64,000 nucleotides of DNA from Candidatus Sumerlaeia bacterium. GTDB taxonomy: Bacteria; Sumerlaeota; Sumerlaeia; SLMS01; JANRJK01. Under the pieces are notes generated by a model. The model made no database searches, had not been told where the DNA came from, and saw only the letters and a program-made list of their open reading frames with translations. The stretch lies in contig JANRJK010000002.1 of NCBI GenBank assembly GCA_033764015.1, positions 160,001 to 224,000 on the forward strand, given 5' to 3'. The translations under genes and the position numbers were made by a program. Position 1 is the stretch's first letter. Every line of letters begins with the position of its first letter. Below are positions 19,871-29,898 of this stretch, in pieces.

Positions 19871-21193
19871 ATGAACGTCTCGAAGTCCTCCCCCAAGGTC
19901 GATCCCACGACCGACCCGAAGCTCCGCGCGTTCTTCCACGTCGCGGAGGATTCCCCGTTCTCCGTCCAGAACCTGCCGTATGGCGTCTTCCGCAAGAAGG
20001 AGGACACGTTGCGCACGGCGCGCATCGGCGTCGCCATCGGCGACAAGGTGCTCGACCTCGCGGCGCTGGACGCCTTCGGCCAGTTCACCGGGCCGAACCT
20101 GAAGGGTAAGAAGGTGTTCTCGGCCCAGTCGCTGAACGCCTTCATCGCCATGGGACGCCCCGCCTGGCGCGAGGCGCGCCTTACGATCAGCGCGCTCCTC
20201 ACCTCGCCCGACAGCGAGCTGCGCAACGACACGTTCCTCCAACAGCGCGCGCTGATCGACATGACCGCGTGCGAGATGATGCTCCCGGTCGAGGTCGGCG
20301 ACTACACCGACTTCTACGCCTCCCGCCACCACGCGACCAACGTCGGCACTATGCTCCGCGGCGCGGAGAACGCGCTGAACCCGAACTGGCTGCACCTGCC
20401 CGTGGGCTATCACGGGCGGTCCAGCTCCGTCGTCCTGTCGGGGGCCGACATCGTCCGCCCCTGCGGCCAGATCGTTCCGCCCGGCAGCGAGACGCCGATC
20501 TTCGCACCGAGCCGCTCGCTCGACTACGAACTCGAGGTCGGCATCGTGGTCGGCCCCGGCAACGCCCTCGGCGAGCCGGTTCCCGTGGAGCGCGCCGTGG
20601 GGCAGGTCTTCGGAATGGTGCTGCTCAACGACTGGTCGGCCCGCGACATCCAGAAGTGGGAGTACCAGCCGCTCGGGCCCTTCCTGGGGAAGAACTTCGC
20701 GACGACCATCTCCCCCTGGGTGGTGCCGATCGACGCGCTGATCCCCTTCTGCTGCGCGGGGCCGGAGCAGGATCCGGAGCCGCTTCCGTACCTGCAGACC
20801 CGCGGCAAGGCGTCGTTCGACATCCACCTCGAAGCGCACCTCTACCCGCACGACGGCAGCGACGCGCTGCTCGCCTGCGCGACGAACTACAACCACCTAT
20901 ACTGGAACGTCGCGCAGATGATCGCGCACCACACGTCGAACGGCTGCAACCTGCGCGCCGGCGACCTGCTCGGGACCGGCACCGTCAGCGGCCCCGAAAA
21001 GGAATCGCGCGGCTGCCTCCTCGAGCGCACTTGGAAGGGCGAGGAGCCGCTCGAACTCTCCAGCGGCGCCAAGCGCACCTACCTTGAGGACGGCGACCTG
21101 CTCACGCTCACCGGCTGGTGCCAGGGCGAGGGCTACCGCGTCGGCTTCGGCGAGTGCGCGGGCCGCATCCTTCCCGCTAGAATATCGCACTGA
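19871..21193 (+). CDS. fahA: Fumarylacetoacetase
   Basis: FSVQNLPYGVF, GDYTDFYAS.HHATNVG, PVGYHGRSSS, LDYELE, NDWSARDIQKWEYQPLGPFLGKNF, GDLLGTGTVSGP. Confidence 0.96.
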   Translation: MNVSKSSPKVDPTTDPKLRAFFHVAEDSPFSVQNLPYGVFRKKEDTLRTARIGVAIGDKVLDLAALDAFGQFTGPNLKGKKVFSAQSLNAFIAMGRPAWREARLTISALLTSPDSELRNDTFLQQRALIDMTACEMMLPVEVGDYTDFYASRHHATNVGTMLRGAENALNPNWLHLPVGYHGRSSSVVLSGADIVRPCGQIVPPGSETPIFAPSRSLDYELEVGIVVGPGNALGEPVPVERAVGQVFGMVLLNDWSARDIQKWEYQPLGPFLGKNFATTISPWVVPIDALIPFCCAGPEQDPEPLPYLQTRGKASFDIHLEAHLYPHDGSDALLACATNYNHLYWNVAQMIAHHTSNGCNLRAGDLLGTGTVSGPEKESRGCLLERTWKGEEPLELSSGAKRTYLEDGDLLTLTGWCQGEGYRVGFGECAGRILPARISH

Positions 21194-21250
21194 TCCGGCT
21201 GTAACCGAAGAACCGGCCACCGCCGCGAATCCCCTCCCGAGGACTGGAAG

Positions 21251-22045
21251 ATGCTCGCCCTGCTGGCGGACGCCGCCCCCATCGCCGCGCAAGCCGCCGA
21301 GGCGGCGCTGCTCAGCAAGGAAAGCCTGATCGCCTTCCTGACGCTCGCCGCCCTCGAGATCGTGCTCGGGATCGACAACATCGTCGTGATCGCCATCGTC
21401 ACCAGCCGCCTGCCCATCGAACAGCAGGCCCGGGCGCGCAACCTCGGCCTCGGCGGCGCGATGTTCATGCGCGTCGGGCTCCTCTTTGCCATCTCCTGGG
21501 TGATGGGGCTCACGGCGACGATCTTCACCGCGTTCGGCGAAGCGATTTCCGGGCGCGACCTGATCCTGCTGATCGGCGGCCTCTTCCTGATGGCCAAGGC
21601 GACGCACGAGATCCACCAGAAGATGGAGGTCGAGCCGCACGGCGGGGGCGGGGCGAAGATCGCCGCCAGCTTCGGCAAGGCCATCGCAACGATCCTGGCG
21701 CTCGACCTGGTGTTCTCGCTCGATTCCGTGATCACCGCGGTCGGCATGGCGAAGCATATCGAGATCATGATCGCCGCCGTCGTCGCGTCGGTGCTCGTGA
21801 TGATGGCGTTCTCGGGCCACATCAGCGGGTTCATCGAACGGCATCCGACGATCAAGGTGCTGGCGCTTTCGTTCCTGCTGCTGATCGGCGTGGTGCTGAC
21901 CGCGGAGGCGTTCGAGGTGCACCTCGACAAGAAGTACATCTACTTCGCGATGGGCTTCTCGCTGCTGGTCGAGCTGGTGAACCTGCGCGTGATGAAGGTG
22001 CACCTGCCCGGGGCGCACCCGCCGGTCACTCCGCCCGCCGCCTGA
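21251..22045 (+). CDS. TerC family membrane protein
   Basis: LEIVLGIDN, GGLFLMAKATHEIH, DLVFSLDSVITAVGM, HPTIKVLALSFL. Confidence 0.92.
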   Translation: MLALLADAAPIAAQAAEAALLSKESLIAFLTLAALEIVLGIDNIVVIAIVTSRLPIEQQARARNLGLGGAMFMRVGLLFAISWVMGLTATIFTAFGEAISGRDLILLIGGLFLMAKATHEIHQKMEVEPHGGGGAKIAASFGKAIATILALDLVFSLDSVITAVGMAKHIEIMIAAVVASVLVMMAFSGHISGFIERHPTIKVLALSFLLLIGVVLTAEAFEVHLDKKYIYFAMGFSLLVELVNLRVMKVHLPGAHPPVTPPAA

Positions 22046-23492
22046 GCCGCGCCACCACGAAGCCGTCGCACCCGTGCGGGTGCGGCGCGGTGCGCCAGAC
22101 GCCGGGCGCGATACGCAGCGGCTCCGCGTCGAAGGGCAGTCCCTCCGGCGCGGGGGCCGGGGCGAACTCGCCGTGCCGCGCGAGGAACCGCCGCACTTGG
22201 TGCGCGCCCTCGATCCGCGTGAACGTGCAGACGCAGTAGAGCAGCACACCGCCCGGCGCGACCCGCGGCGCCCAGCGGTCGAGTATCTCCGCCTGCGCCG
22301 CCGCCAGCCGGGTCACATCCGCGTGCGACCGGCGCCACCGGATCTCCGGATGCCGGCGGAGCGTGCCCAGGCCGCTGCACGGGGCGTCGATGACCACCAG
22401 GTCGAAGCCCCGCTCCGGCAAGGCGCCGTGCGCCTCGTCCGCGAGCCGCAACCGCACCGCGTCCTCGCAGCGCAGCCGCCGAAGGGTGCCGCGCATGCGC
22501 TCCAGCTTCTCCTCGGAGACGTCGAGCGCGGTCAGTTCCCCCCGCGCCTCCATCGCATCCCACAGCGCGGCGGTCTTCCCGCCGGGCGAAGCGCACACGT
22601 CCAGCACCCGCATCCCCGGACGCGCGCCCGCAAGCGCCGCGGCGACCTGCGCGCCCTCGTCCATCACCGTGAGCCGCCCCGACTTGAACAGCGGGAGGCG
22701 GTCCGGCGCGATGCCGGGCCCCGCGACGCGCAGGCACTGGGGAAGGAAGCTTCCCGCCTCGATCTGAACCGGCGAGTGGGTCAGGTAAGCGACCTCGCCT
22801 TCGAGGCGCTCTCGAAGGTGCGCCAGATCGTCGTTCCCGGTCCCGGGCCGGAGCCTAAGGTGGAGCGGCGCGGGCGCGTTGACCGCCGCGAACAGCTCTG
22901 GAAGCGATTCGCGCGGGAAGCACTGGCCCGCCTCCGATGCAATCCAGTCCGGCACCGAATGGCGCAACGGCCACGGCGCGTCGGCGCCGGGTGCGAGCGC
23001 CTCCCGCGGAGCGGACGAGGTCTTCCGCAGGATCGCGTTCACCAGCCCGCGGTAGGTCTGCTCCGTGCGATACTCGGAGACCAGGCGCACACTGTCATCG
23101 ACGATCGCGTGGCTCGGGAGGCGTTCGAGGAACGCCGACTGGTAGATGCCCATGAGGAGGATTTCGTGGACCGCGACGGCCGCCCCCGGGAGTGGCCGTT
23201 CGAGATAGCGCTCGAGCACCAACTCCAGCCAGCGGCGGTGCCGCGTGGTCCCGGCGGCGAGTTCCCTCGCGAGGCCCAGGTCGGCGGGGGAGAGCGGGTA
23301 GCGCGCGGAGTAGGCATCGAGCGCGTCCTCGAGCCCCGGTCCCTTCGGCTTGCGCAGCGCGACGAGGGCGGACAGCGCCGCGGATCGGGCCGCGGACGCG
23401 GGGCGCTCCGCGGAAGCGATGATCTTGCGCGACGCCAAGCGGCGACCGGACTGCGTCTTCGCGCTGGCTTGGCGCTTCGGGCGCTCCGGCAT
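22026..23492 (-). CDS. rsmB: 16S rRNA m5C967 methyltransferase with N-terminal NusB-like domain
   Basis: GLVNAILR, DVCASPGGKT, DAPCSGLGTLRRHPEIRW, YCVCT, DGF. Confidence 0.9.
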   Translation of the reverse strand: MPERPKRQASAKTQSGRRLASRKIIASAERPASAARSAALSALVALRKPKGPGLEDALDAYSARYPLSPADLGLARELAAGTTRHRRWLELVLERYLERPLPGAAVAVHEILLMGIYQSAFLERLPSHAIVDDSVRLVSEYRTEQTYRGLVNAILRKTSSAPREALAPGADAPWPLRHSVPDWIASEAGQCFPRESLPELFAAVNAPAPLHLRLRPGTGNDDLAHLRERLEGEVAYLTHSPVQIEAGSFLPQCLRVAGPGIAPDRLPLFKSGRLTVMDEGAQVAAALAGARPGMRVLDVCASPGGKTAALWDAMEARGELTALDVSEEKLERMRGTLRRLRCEDAVRLRLADEAHGALPERGFDLVVIDAPCSGLGTLRRHPEIRWRRSHADVTRLAAAQAEILDRWAPRVAPGGVLLYCVCTFTRIEGAHQVRRFLARHGEFAPAPAPEGLPFDAEPLRIAPGVWRTAPHPHGCDGFVVARLRRRAE

Positions 23493-23505
23493 CGGCGGCC
23501 TCGCT

Positions 23506-24306
23506 TCAGGTGGTGGTGGACGGGTCCCGGACCGCGTCCGGGGCCGAGTCCTTGAACAGCGACCGCGCGAACAGCAAGATGGAAATGCCGAGATAAAGCA
23601 CGGACGAGCCGAGCAGCAGCGCCGGCAGGTGCGGCCACAGGATCCCGACCAGTGCCACCGCGAACACCATCACCACCAGCGCGTTCGGGTTGCGCTGCTG
23701 CTTGGCCATCACGTTCGCGGCCTTCGGGAAGGGGATCGTGCTCACCATAAGCCCGGACAAGCCGATCATCAGCAGCAGGATCACCCGGTGCAGCATCTTC
23801 GTTTCCGCCATGTAGGTCTCGACGAAGAGGAAGGCCGAGACCACCACCAGCGCTGCGCCGGGAATCGGCAGTCCCGTGAACATCTTCCGCTCCTCGCGCG
23901 CCACTTGGATGTTGAAGCGCGCCAGTCGGATCGCCCCGCAGATGACGAACAGGCCGCAGGCGCCCAGCGCGAGGTTCGGGGCCCATCGGTGCAGCTCCGC
24001 GGAGGCGCCGATGGCGTTCAGCTTCTGAAGCATCAGGAAGGCGGGCGCGACGCCGAACGCGACGAGGTCGGCGAGGGAGTCGTACTCCTGGCCGAAACTG
24101 CTCGCCGAGCGCGTGATCCGCGCCACCGGTCCGTCCAGCGCGTCGAAAACCCCCGAGGCGATGATGAGGTAGCAAGCCTGCGTGTAGTCCCCCCCCGCCG
24201 CGCGCACGATCGCCAGCAGGCCGCAGAACAGGCTCGCGCTCGTGAAGAGGTTCGGCAGCAGGTACACCATGCGCCGCCGCCGCTCGAGCCGCAGGGGAAG
24301 CTTCAC
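23506..24306 (-). CDS. pssA: CDP-diacylglycerol--serine O-phosphatidyltransferase
   Basis: LPNLFT, DALDGPVAR..SSFGQEYDSLADLVAFGVAP, RLARFN, FTGLPIP. Confidence 0.95.
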   Translation of the reverse strand: MKLPLRLERRRRMVYLLPNLFTSASLFCGLLAIVRAAGGDYTQACYLIIASGVFDALDGPVARITRSASSFGQEYDSLADLVAFGVAPAFLMLQKLNAIGASAELHRWAPNLALGACGLFVICGAIRLARFNIQVAREERKMFTGLPIPGAALVVVSAFLFVETYMAETKMLHRVILLLMIGLSGLMVSTIPFPKAANVMAKQQRNPNALVVMVFAVALVGILWPHLPALLLGSSVLYLGISILLFARSLFKDSAPDAVRDPSTTT

Positions 24307-24310
24307 CGGA

Positions 24311-24976
24311 CTATCCCGCCAGCCGCGCCATCGGTGTCTCGCCGCCGACGACCATCTGCCCCGGCTTCACCAGCACCTCGGAACCCGGCGGGAGGAAGAG
24401 CTCGACGCGCGAGCCGAACTGGATCCACCCGTAGCGCTCGCCGCGCGCCAAGTCGTCGCCCTCCTTCACGAAGCACACGATGCGCCGCGCGATCGCCCCG
24501 GTGATCTGGCGGATGCCGACGGTCTTGCCCGCCGCGTCCAGCCAGATCGTCAGGTTCTCGTTATCCTCGGAGCACTTCTCGTTCAGCGCGTTGAGGAACA
24601 GGCCGGGTTTGTGGACGATCTTCGCCACGCGCCCCGCGCAGGAGGTGCGCTGCACGTGCACATTGAACACGTTCAGGAACACGGCGACGCGGAGCGCGGT
24701 GCCCCCCGGCATCTCGGCGGCGGGCACCTCGAGCACCGACACGACCTTGCCGTCCCCGGGCGAGCAGAGGATCGCGGGGTCCGCGGGGAGCTCGCGGTCC
24801 GGATCGCGGAAAAAATTGAGGCAGAACAGGATGAGCGGAACCGTCGCCGCGAGGGCGTAGGGCGTCCAGAGCGCCGCCAACAGGGCGGAAAGGATCGCGA
24901 GGGGGATGATGAACTTCCACGCCTGCGCGACGATGCCGAGCGGCGACTTGGGGAAACGGGGCGACTGCGAAGCCAA
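24311..24976 (-). CDS. psd: Phosphatidylserine decarboxylase proenzyme
   Basis: FFRDPDR, SPGDG, FLNVFNVHVQR, QITGAIARRIV, self-cleavage motif FGSR; adjacent to pssA. Confidence 0.95.
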   Translation of the reverse strand: MASQSPRFPKSPLGIVAQAWKFIIPLAILSALLAALWTPYALAATVPLILFCLNFFRDPDRELPADPAILCSPGDGKVVSVLEVPAAEMPGGTALRVAVFLNVFNVHVQRTSCAGRVAKIVHKPGLFLNALNEKCSEDNENLTIWLDAAGKTVGIRQITGAIARRIVCFVKEGDDLARGERYGWIQFGSRVELFLPPGSEVLVKPGQMVVGGETPMARLAG

Positions 24977-25054
24977 CGGGCGGCTCTCCTGCCGTGGGAA
25001 TCTCGACGTGTTTTCCGCCCGCCACCGCCGACGAGCAAGGCAAGACGCCCCCCG

Positions 25055-27562
25055 TCAGTGCGGCAGCGTCTCCATCACGACCGGGCGGTAGCCGGAAAGC
25101 GTCGGCACCGACAGGCGGAACCGGTCCACCACCCGCCCGTCCTCGGCGATCACCGTTCCGGTCAGCGAGGTCCCCTCGATGTCGAGCCGCACGAACGCGG
25201 CGGAATCCTTGTACGCGGCGACAAGGCGCTCGTTCGGGGGGATCGGCTCATCGTCCTCCAACTCCCCCGCGTTGCCGTTGATGATCTGCGGGATCGACCG
25301 CTCGCTGTTCCAGAGCCGCATGTACACGTGCACGTGCCCGGAGAGCACCGCGTGCACCGGCTGGGATCGATCGATTACCGACTGCACGGCGTGGGAAATC
25401 TTCTCGTTGGACCCTTCGTCGCCGCCGCCGCCGGTGTTCTCGATCGGGTGGTGGCTGATGAGGAAGCGCCAGCCGCGCGGATGCCAGGCCAGCTCCTCGA
25501 GCAGCCACCGCACTTGTTGCGAGTCCTTCGCGAAGAACTCGCTATCGATGATGAAGAAGTGCAGGAAGTCGCCGTAACTGGTCGTGTGGTAGCCCCGGCC
25601 ATTCAGGTTGAAGATGGGTGTCGTGAGGAAGCCCTCGCGCTTACCGCTGCTGACGTCGTGGTTCCCGAGGGCGGTGACCACCGGCACGCCGCGCTCGAGG
25701 ATCGGGGCGAATGGACGCAGGAAGTACTGGTCGAGCATCTCCTCCCACGGCTCGTCCTCGCCATAGATGTTGTCGCCGAGCAGCACAAGCGCGTCGAAGG
25801 GGTCCGCGTCGTGGCTCGCCGCCATTTGGCGGCCGATGTTCTCTTGGCGGAAATCGCCCGTGCCCGCGTCCCCCGCCAGCGCGAAGGAGAGCGACTCCGG
25901 GATGTCCTGCGGCAGTGTCGAGGCCCGCTGGAACGCGGCCATGTCGGTCTTGTCCATCGTGTTGCCGCGGTAGATCAGTTCGAAGCCCGCCGCGCGGAAC
26001 GCGTCCTCGCCGCCGAAGGTCGAGAGGTCCGAGCCGCGCACCACGAGGATCCCGGGAAGCGAATCGGGCTCCACCAGGATCGACGGGTGCTCGGGGAGCT
26101 TGCGGATCTGGTAGTCCCCGTATAGGTGGAACATGGGGCGCGACGCCTTCTCGACGGCGCCGACCACCAGGGGGAGGCTGGCCTCCCGGAGCCGCTCCGC
26201 CAAGCGCGGCGCGAAGGCGCGCGAGCTCTCCATCAGATCGCGGGAGGCGCGCACCGGCCCGAAGTACACGGCGTGCATCAGCAGCAGCGCGGCGATGGCC
26301 GTCTTGAGCGTCGTCCAGCGGCACACCCTCGGCATCAGCAGCCGGGCACCGGCCAGCGCCAACGCGACGCCCGTCCCGACCAGCAGCCCGAGCACCGGGT
26401 CGGTCGGGAAGTAGTCGAAGTACCACAACGGGGCGGGGTACTCGAACATGACGGCGGAGGCGCCGGCCACTAGGACGCCCAGAAGGAGCAGCGTGCCGCC
26501 GGCCGCCTTGGGCGCCCGTCCCGCGCGCTCCGCGGCGAGCCACACCTCGTCCAGCCACCAGGCGACCAGGATCGCCACCGCCGGGAAGAGCGGAAGCATG
26601 TACGTTGCGCGCTTTCCCGGCACGATGCACAGGAACAGGAAGGGGAGCACGGCCCAGGCGAGCACCGGGCGCAGGCGCGCGGCGTCTTCCCGGCGCGCCT
26701 TCCAGAGCGCCCACACCGCGGGGACCAGCAGCAGTCCGAAGGGGAGCGTCATCTCGGTGAAGAAGCGCTCGATGTAGTACCACGGAGGGCCGAGATGGCT
26801 GCCGCCCACAAGGCGGCCCAGGACTTCCTTCCCGGCGACCTCCTTGACCACCCCTCCGCCGCCGTTCACCGCGACCCGCGCGATCCACAGCCCGAGCGGC
26901 GCCACCAGCAGCGGCAGCGCCAGCAGCGGACGCAGCGCCTTGAGCGGCCCCGCGGAACGCCGGCGCCAAGCCTCGTAGGCCGGCGCCGCGCCAACCACCA
27001 CGAGCGCGAGCGGACCCTTGGTCCATACCGCCAGGAAAAGGAACACCCACAGCGCCGCCGCGCGCGCCGTCGGCAGCGGCCCCTCCCAATCATGCCCGAG
27101 CACGCACCAAAGCGCCGCCATGATCCAGAGCGTGAACTGGGTATCGAGCCGCACCAGGAACACCTGGTTCGCGAACTGCGGGAGGGTCGCCAGCAGCAGC
27201 GCCGCGACCAGCGCGCCGCGCGGCGACAGGAACCGCCGGGCGATCGAAAGCGTCAGCAGCACGATGCCGAGCGATGAAAGCACCGCGGGCAGCCGCACTA
27301 CCCATTCGACGAGCCGCCCCCCGGTGAGTTCCAGCATCAGCGCGTAGATGGCGAACGCCAGCGGCGGCTTCGCCGCGTACGTTTCGCCGAGGTATGTCAG
27401 CGCGGAGAGGCGCCACGTCTCCGCAAGCTCGCGCGCGACCTGCAGGTAAAGCCCCTGGTCGAAGCCAGCGATGTCGCGCACCGCCGCGATCATCAGCCAC
27501 ATTGGCAGCAGCACCGCCGTGAGGAGCACCGCGTGCGCGCCAAAGCCGCCTTTGCTGTTCAT
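25055..27562 (-). CDS. ArnT/GT83-like glycosyltransferase fused to a C-terminal purple-acid-phosphatase-type metallophosphoesterase
   Basis: N-terminal part: DQGLY..AREL, KPPL, RLP, RLD, TKGP, HLGPPWYY, KRATYMLP and about 12 TMs. C-terminal part (about 25055-25900): GDAG, GDNIY, GNHD, HHP, SGHVH. One uninterrupted frame; start taken at ATG 27562. Confidence 0.85.
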   Translation of the reverse strand: MNSKGGFGAHAVLLTAVLLPMWLMIAAVRDIAGFDQGLYLQVARELAETWRLSALTYLGETYAAKPPLAFAIYALMLELTGGRLVEWVVRLPAVLSSLGIVLLTLSIARRFLSPRGALVAALLLATLPQFANQVFLVRLDTQFTLWIMAALWCVLGHDWEGPLPTARAAALWVFLFLAVWTKGPLALVVVGAAPAYEAWRRRSAGPLKALRPLLALPLLVAPLGLWIARVAVNGGGGVVKEVAGKEVLGRLVGGSHLGPPWYYIERFFTEMTLPFGLLLVPAVWALWKARREDAARLRPVLAWAVLPFLFLCIVPGKRATYMLPLFPAVAILVAWWLDEVWLAAERAGRAPKAAGGTLLLLGVLVAGASAVMFEYPAPLWYFDYFPTDPVLGLLVGTGVALALAGARLLMPRVCRWTTLKTAIAALLLMHAVYFGPVRASRDLMESSRAFAPRLAERLREASLPLVVGAVEKASRPMFHLYGDYQIRKLPEHPSILVEPDSLPGILVVRGSDLSTFGGEDAFRAAGFELIYRGNTMDKTDMAAFQRASTLPQDIPESLSFALAGDAGTGDFRQENIGRQMAASHDADPFDALVLLGDNIYGEDEPWEEMLDQYFLRPFAPILERGVPVVTALGNHDVSSGKREGFLTTPIFNLNGRGYHTTSYGDFLHFFIIDSEFFAKDSQQVRWLLEELAWHPRGWRFLISHHPIENTGGGGDEGSNEKISHAVQSVIDRSQPVHAVLSGHVHVYMRLWNSERSIPQIINGNAGELEDDEPIPPNERLVAAYKDSAAFVRLDIEGTSLTGTVIAEDGRVVDRFRLSVPTLSGYRPVVMETLPH

Positions 27563-27696
27563 TCCGGATGCCCGCCTTGCGGCCGTCGGTTGCGCCCGCC
27601 AAACCGCCAATTGACTACCCAACCTAGCCGGGGCGGGGGTCAAGGTATGCGGTTCGCGCTCGACCCGACCGGCGGGGCGCCGGGACCGTCCCGCCG

Positions 27697-29898
27697 ATGG
27701 GTATCGACGCTCCCGAAACATCCGCCGACGTGCGCGAACAGCTCCTCGCCGTCCTCGACCGCGTCTGGGGCTACCGCGAGTTCCGCCCGCTGCAGGAGCG
27801 CGCCATGGCGGCGGTGCTCTCGCGGCGCGATTCGCTGGTCATCCTGCCGACCGGCGGCGGGAAGTCGATCTGCTTCCAGGCTCCCGCGCTCCTGCGCGAG
27901 GGCGTCGCGCTGGTGGTCTCGCCGCTGATCTCGCTCATGCGCGACCAGGTGGCGCAGCTCCGCCAGAACGGCATCGAGGCGGGCAGCCTGCACAGCGGCC
28001 AGCCGCAGGAGGAGCGGGCCGAGGTGGCGCGCTCGCTCCGCGCCGGGCGGCTCCGCCTCCTTTACGTCTCCCCCGAACGCCTTGCCCTCGAGGACATCGA
28101 ATCGCTGCTGCTCGGCGCGCCGCTCTCCTTCATCGCCATCGACGAGGCGCACTGCATCAGCATGTGGGGGCACGACTTCCGCCCCGAGTACCGCCAGTTG
28201 GCGAGGCTCCGCGAACTCCATCCCGGCACGGACCTCCACGCCTACACCGCCACGGCCACGCCGCGCGTCGCGGACGATATCGTCCAGCAGCTCTCGCTCC
28301 GCGCGCCCGAGCTGCTCCGCGGGTCCTTCGACCGGCCTAACCTGTACTACTCCGCCAAGCCCCGGAAGGACGGCTACGACCGGCTCCTCGAGGTCGTCCG
28401 CCGCCACACCCGCGAGTCCGGGATCGTGTACTGCATCGGGCGCAAGGAGGTGGAGAAGATCGCCGACCGGCTCCGCGCGGACGGCTATTCCGCGGCGCCC
28501 TACCACGCGGGGCTCGACGCGGAGACGCGCCGCCGCAACCAGGACGACTTCATCGCCGACCGCGTCTCCATCATCGTCGGCACGACGGCCTTCGGCATGG
28601 GCATCAACAAGCCCGACGTCCGCTTCGTGGTCCACCTGTCGATGCCGAAGAGCCTCGAGAACTACCAGCAGGAGGCGGGCCGCGCCGGGCGCGACGGCCT
28701 TCCCGCCGAGTGCCTCATGCTCTACAGCTTCGGCGACGTCTTCACCTGGGAGCGCATGTCCGCGGAGGCGCCCCGGGAGCTGCAGCGCGCCGCGCGCGCG
28801 CAGCTCGACCTCATCCACGACTGGTGCGGCATCACGTCCTGCCGGCGCACGGCGCTGCTCCGCCACTTCTCGGAACGCTACCCCCTCGCGAACTGCGGCG
28901 CCTGCGACAACTGCACCGGCGGCAATCCCGCCCTGCCGGACAGCGTCGAGATCGCCCAGATGGTGCTCTCCTGCATGGTCCGCCTGAAGCAGCACGCCAC
29001 CGCCGCAACGGTTGTCGACGTGCTCGCCGGTTCCAAGTCGCCCGCCATCACCGAGGCCGGCCACGACCAGCTCTCCACCTTCGGCCTGCTCAAGAAGCGC
29101 CCGCGGACCGCTGTGGCCGACTGGCTCGCGCAGTTGCTCGACAAGGGACTCGCCGCGGCGGGGGAGGATGGCGTCCTCGCGCCGACGGAGGCGGGCTGGG
29201 AGGTGCTGCGGAAGCGTGCGCCGGTCATGCTGATCGACCGTCTCGGCGCGTCCACGGTCGCGCCCAAGGTCGCCGCGTCCGACGAACTTTCCCCCGGCGA
29301 GCAGGCGGTGTTCGAGGCATTGCGCGCGCTCCGCTCATCGATCGCGAAGGAGAAGAGAGTCGCCCCGTTCATGGTGTTCGGCGACGTGACGCTGCGCGAG
29401 CTGGCGCGCCAACGCCCCGGCTCTCCGGCGGAGTTCCGCGCGTGCAAGGGCGTCGGCGACAAGAAGGCGGCGGAGCTGGCGCAGCCTTTCCTCGCGGCGA
29501 TCCGGGCCAGCCGCGCCCGCGCCGACGCGGAATCGGGCGCGCCACCGCCCCCGCCACCTTCCGCCCCGGCGCCGAAGAAACCCGGCGGGGAGGTCGCCGC
29601 GCTCCGGCGCCGCGCCTTCGACTGCCTCGCGAAAGGGTGGGGCGTGGAGGAGATCGCGGCCGACATGGAGCGCGCTCCGTCGACCATCGCCGGCTATCTC
29701 GTCGAGCACTTCGAGGAGGAGGGCCTCACGGACGCGACCCCCTACGTTCCCGCCGAGCTGGCGGCGCGGATCGAAGCAGCGGCGATCGGATCCGAGGATG
29801 GACGCCTCGCGCCGATCCACGAAGCGCTGGGCGGCGCCGCGAGCTACCTGCAGATTCGCCTAGTCCTCGGCTGCGCGCGCCGCCGATCGGGCGGCTAG
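27697..29898 (+). CDS. recQ: RecQ DNA helicase (helicase, RQC, HRDC, C-terminal HTH)
   Basis: PTGGGKS, DEAHCISMWGHDFRPEY, TATA, AFGMGINKPDVR, QEAGRAGRDG, CRR..CGACDNC, HRDC-like LRALRSSIAKE..PFMVFGD. Confidence 0.96.
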   Translation: MGIDAPETSADVREQLLAVLDRVWGYREFRPLQERAMAAVLSRRDSLVILPTGGGKSICFQAPALLREGVALVVSPLISLMRDQVAQLRQNGIEAGSLHSGQPQEERAEVARSLRAGRLRLLYVSPERLALEDIESLLLGAPLSFIAIDEAHCISMWGHDFRPEYRQLARLRELHPGTDLHAYTATATPRVADDIVQQLSLRAPELLRGSFDRPNLYYSAKPRKDGYDRLLEVVRRHTRESGIVYCIGRKEVEKIADRLRADGYSAAPYHAGLDAETRRRNQDDFIADRVSIIVGTTAFGMGINKPDVRFVVHLSMPKSLENYQQEAGRAGRDGLPAECLMLYSFGDVFTWERMSAEAPRELQRAARAQLDLIHDWCGITSCRRTALLRHFSERYPLANCGACDNCTGGNPALPDSVEIAQMVLSCMVRLKQHATAATVVDVLAGSKSPAITEAGHDQLSTFGLLKKRPRTAVADWLAQLLDKGLAAAGEDGVLAPTEAGWEVLRKRAPVMLIDRLGASTVAPKVAASDELSPGEQAVFEALRALRSSIAKEKRVAPFMVFGDVTLRELARQRPGSPAEFRACKGVGDKKAAELAQPFLAAIRASRARADAESGAPPPPPPSAPAPKKPGGEVAALRRRAFDCLAKGWGVEEIAADMERAPSTIAGYLVEHFEEEGLTDATPYVPAELAARIEAAAIGSEDGRLAPIHEALGGAASYLQIRLVLGCARRRSGG

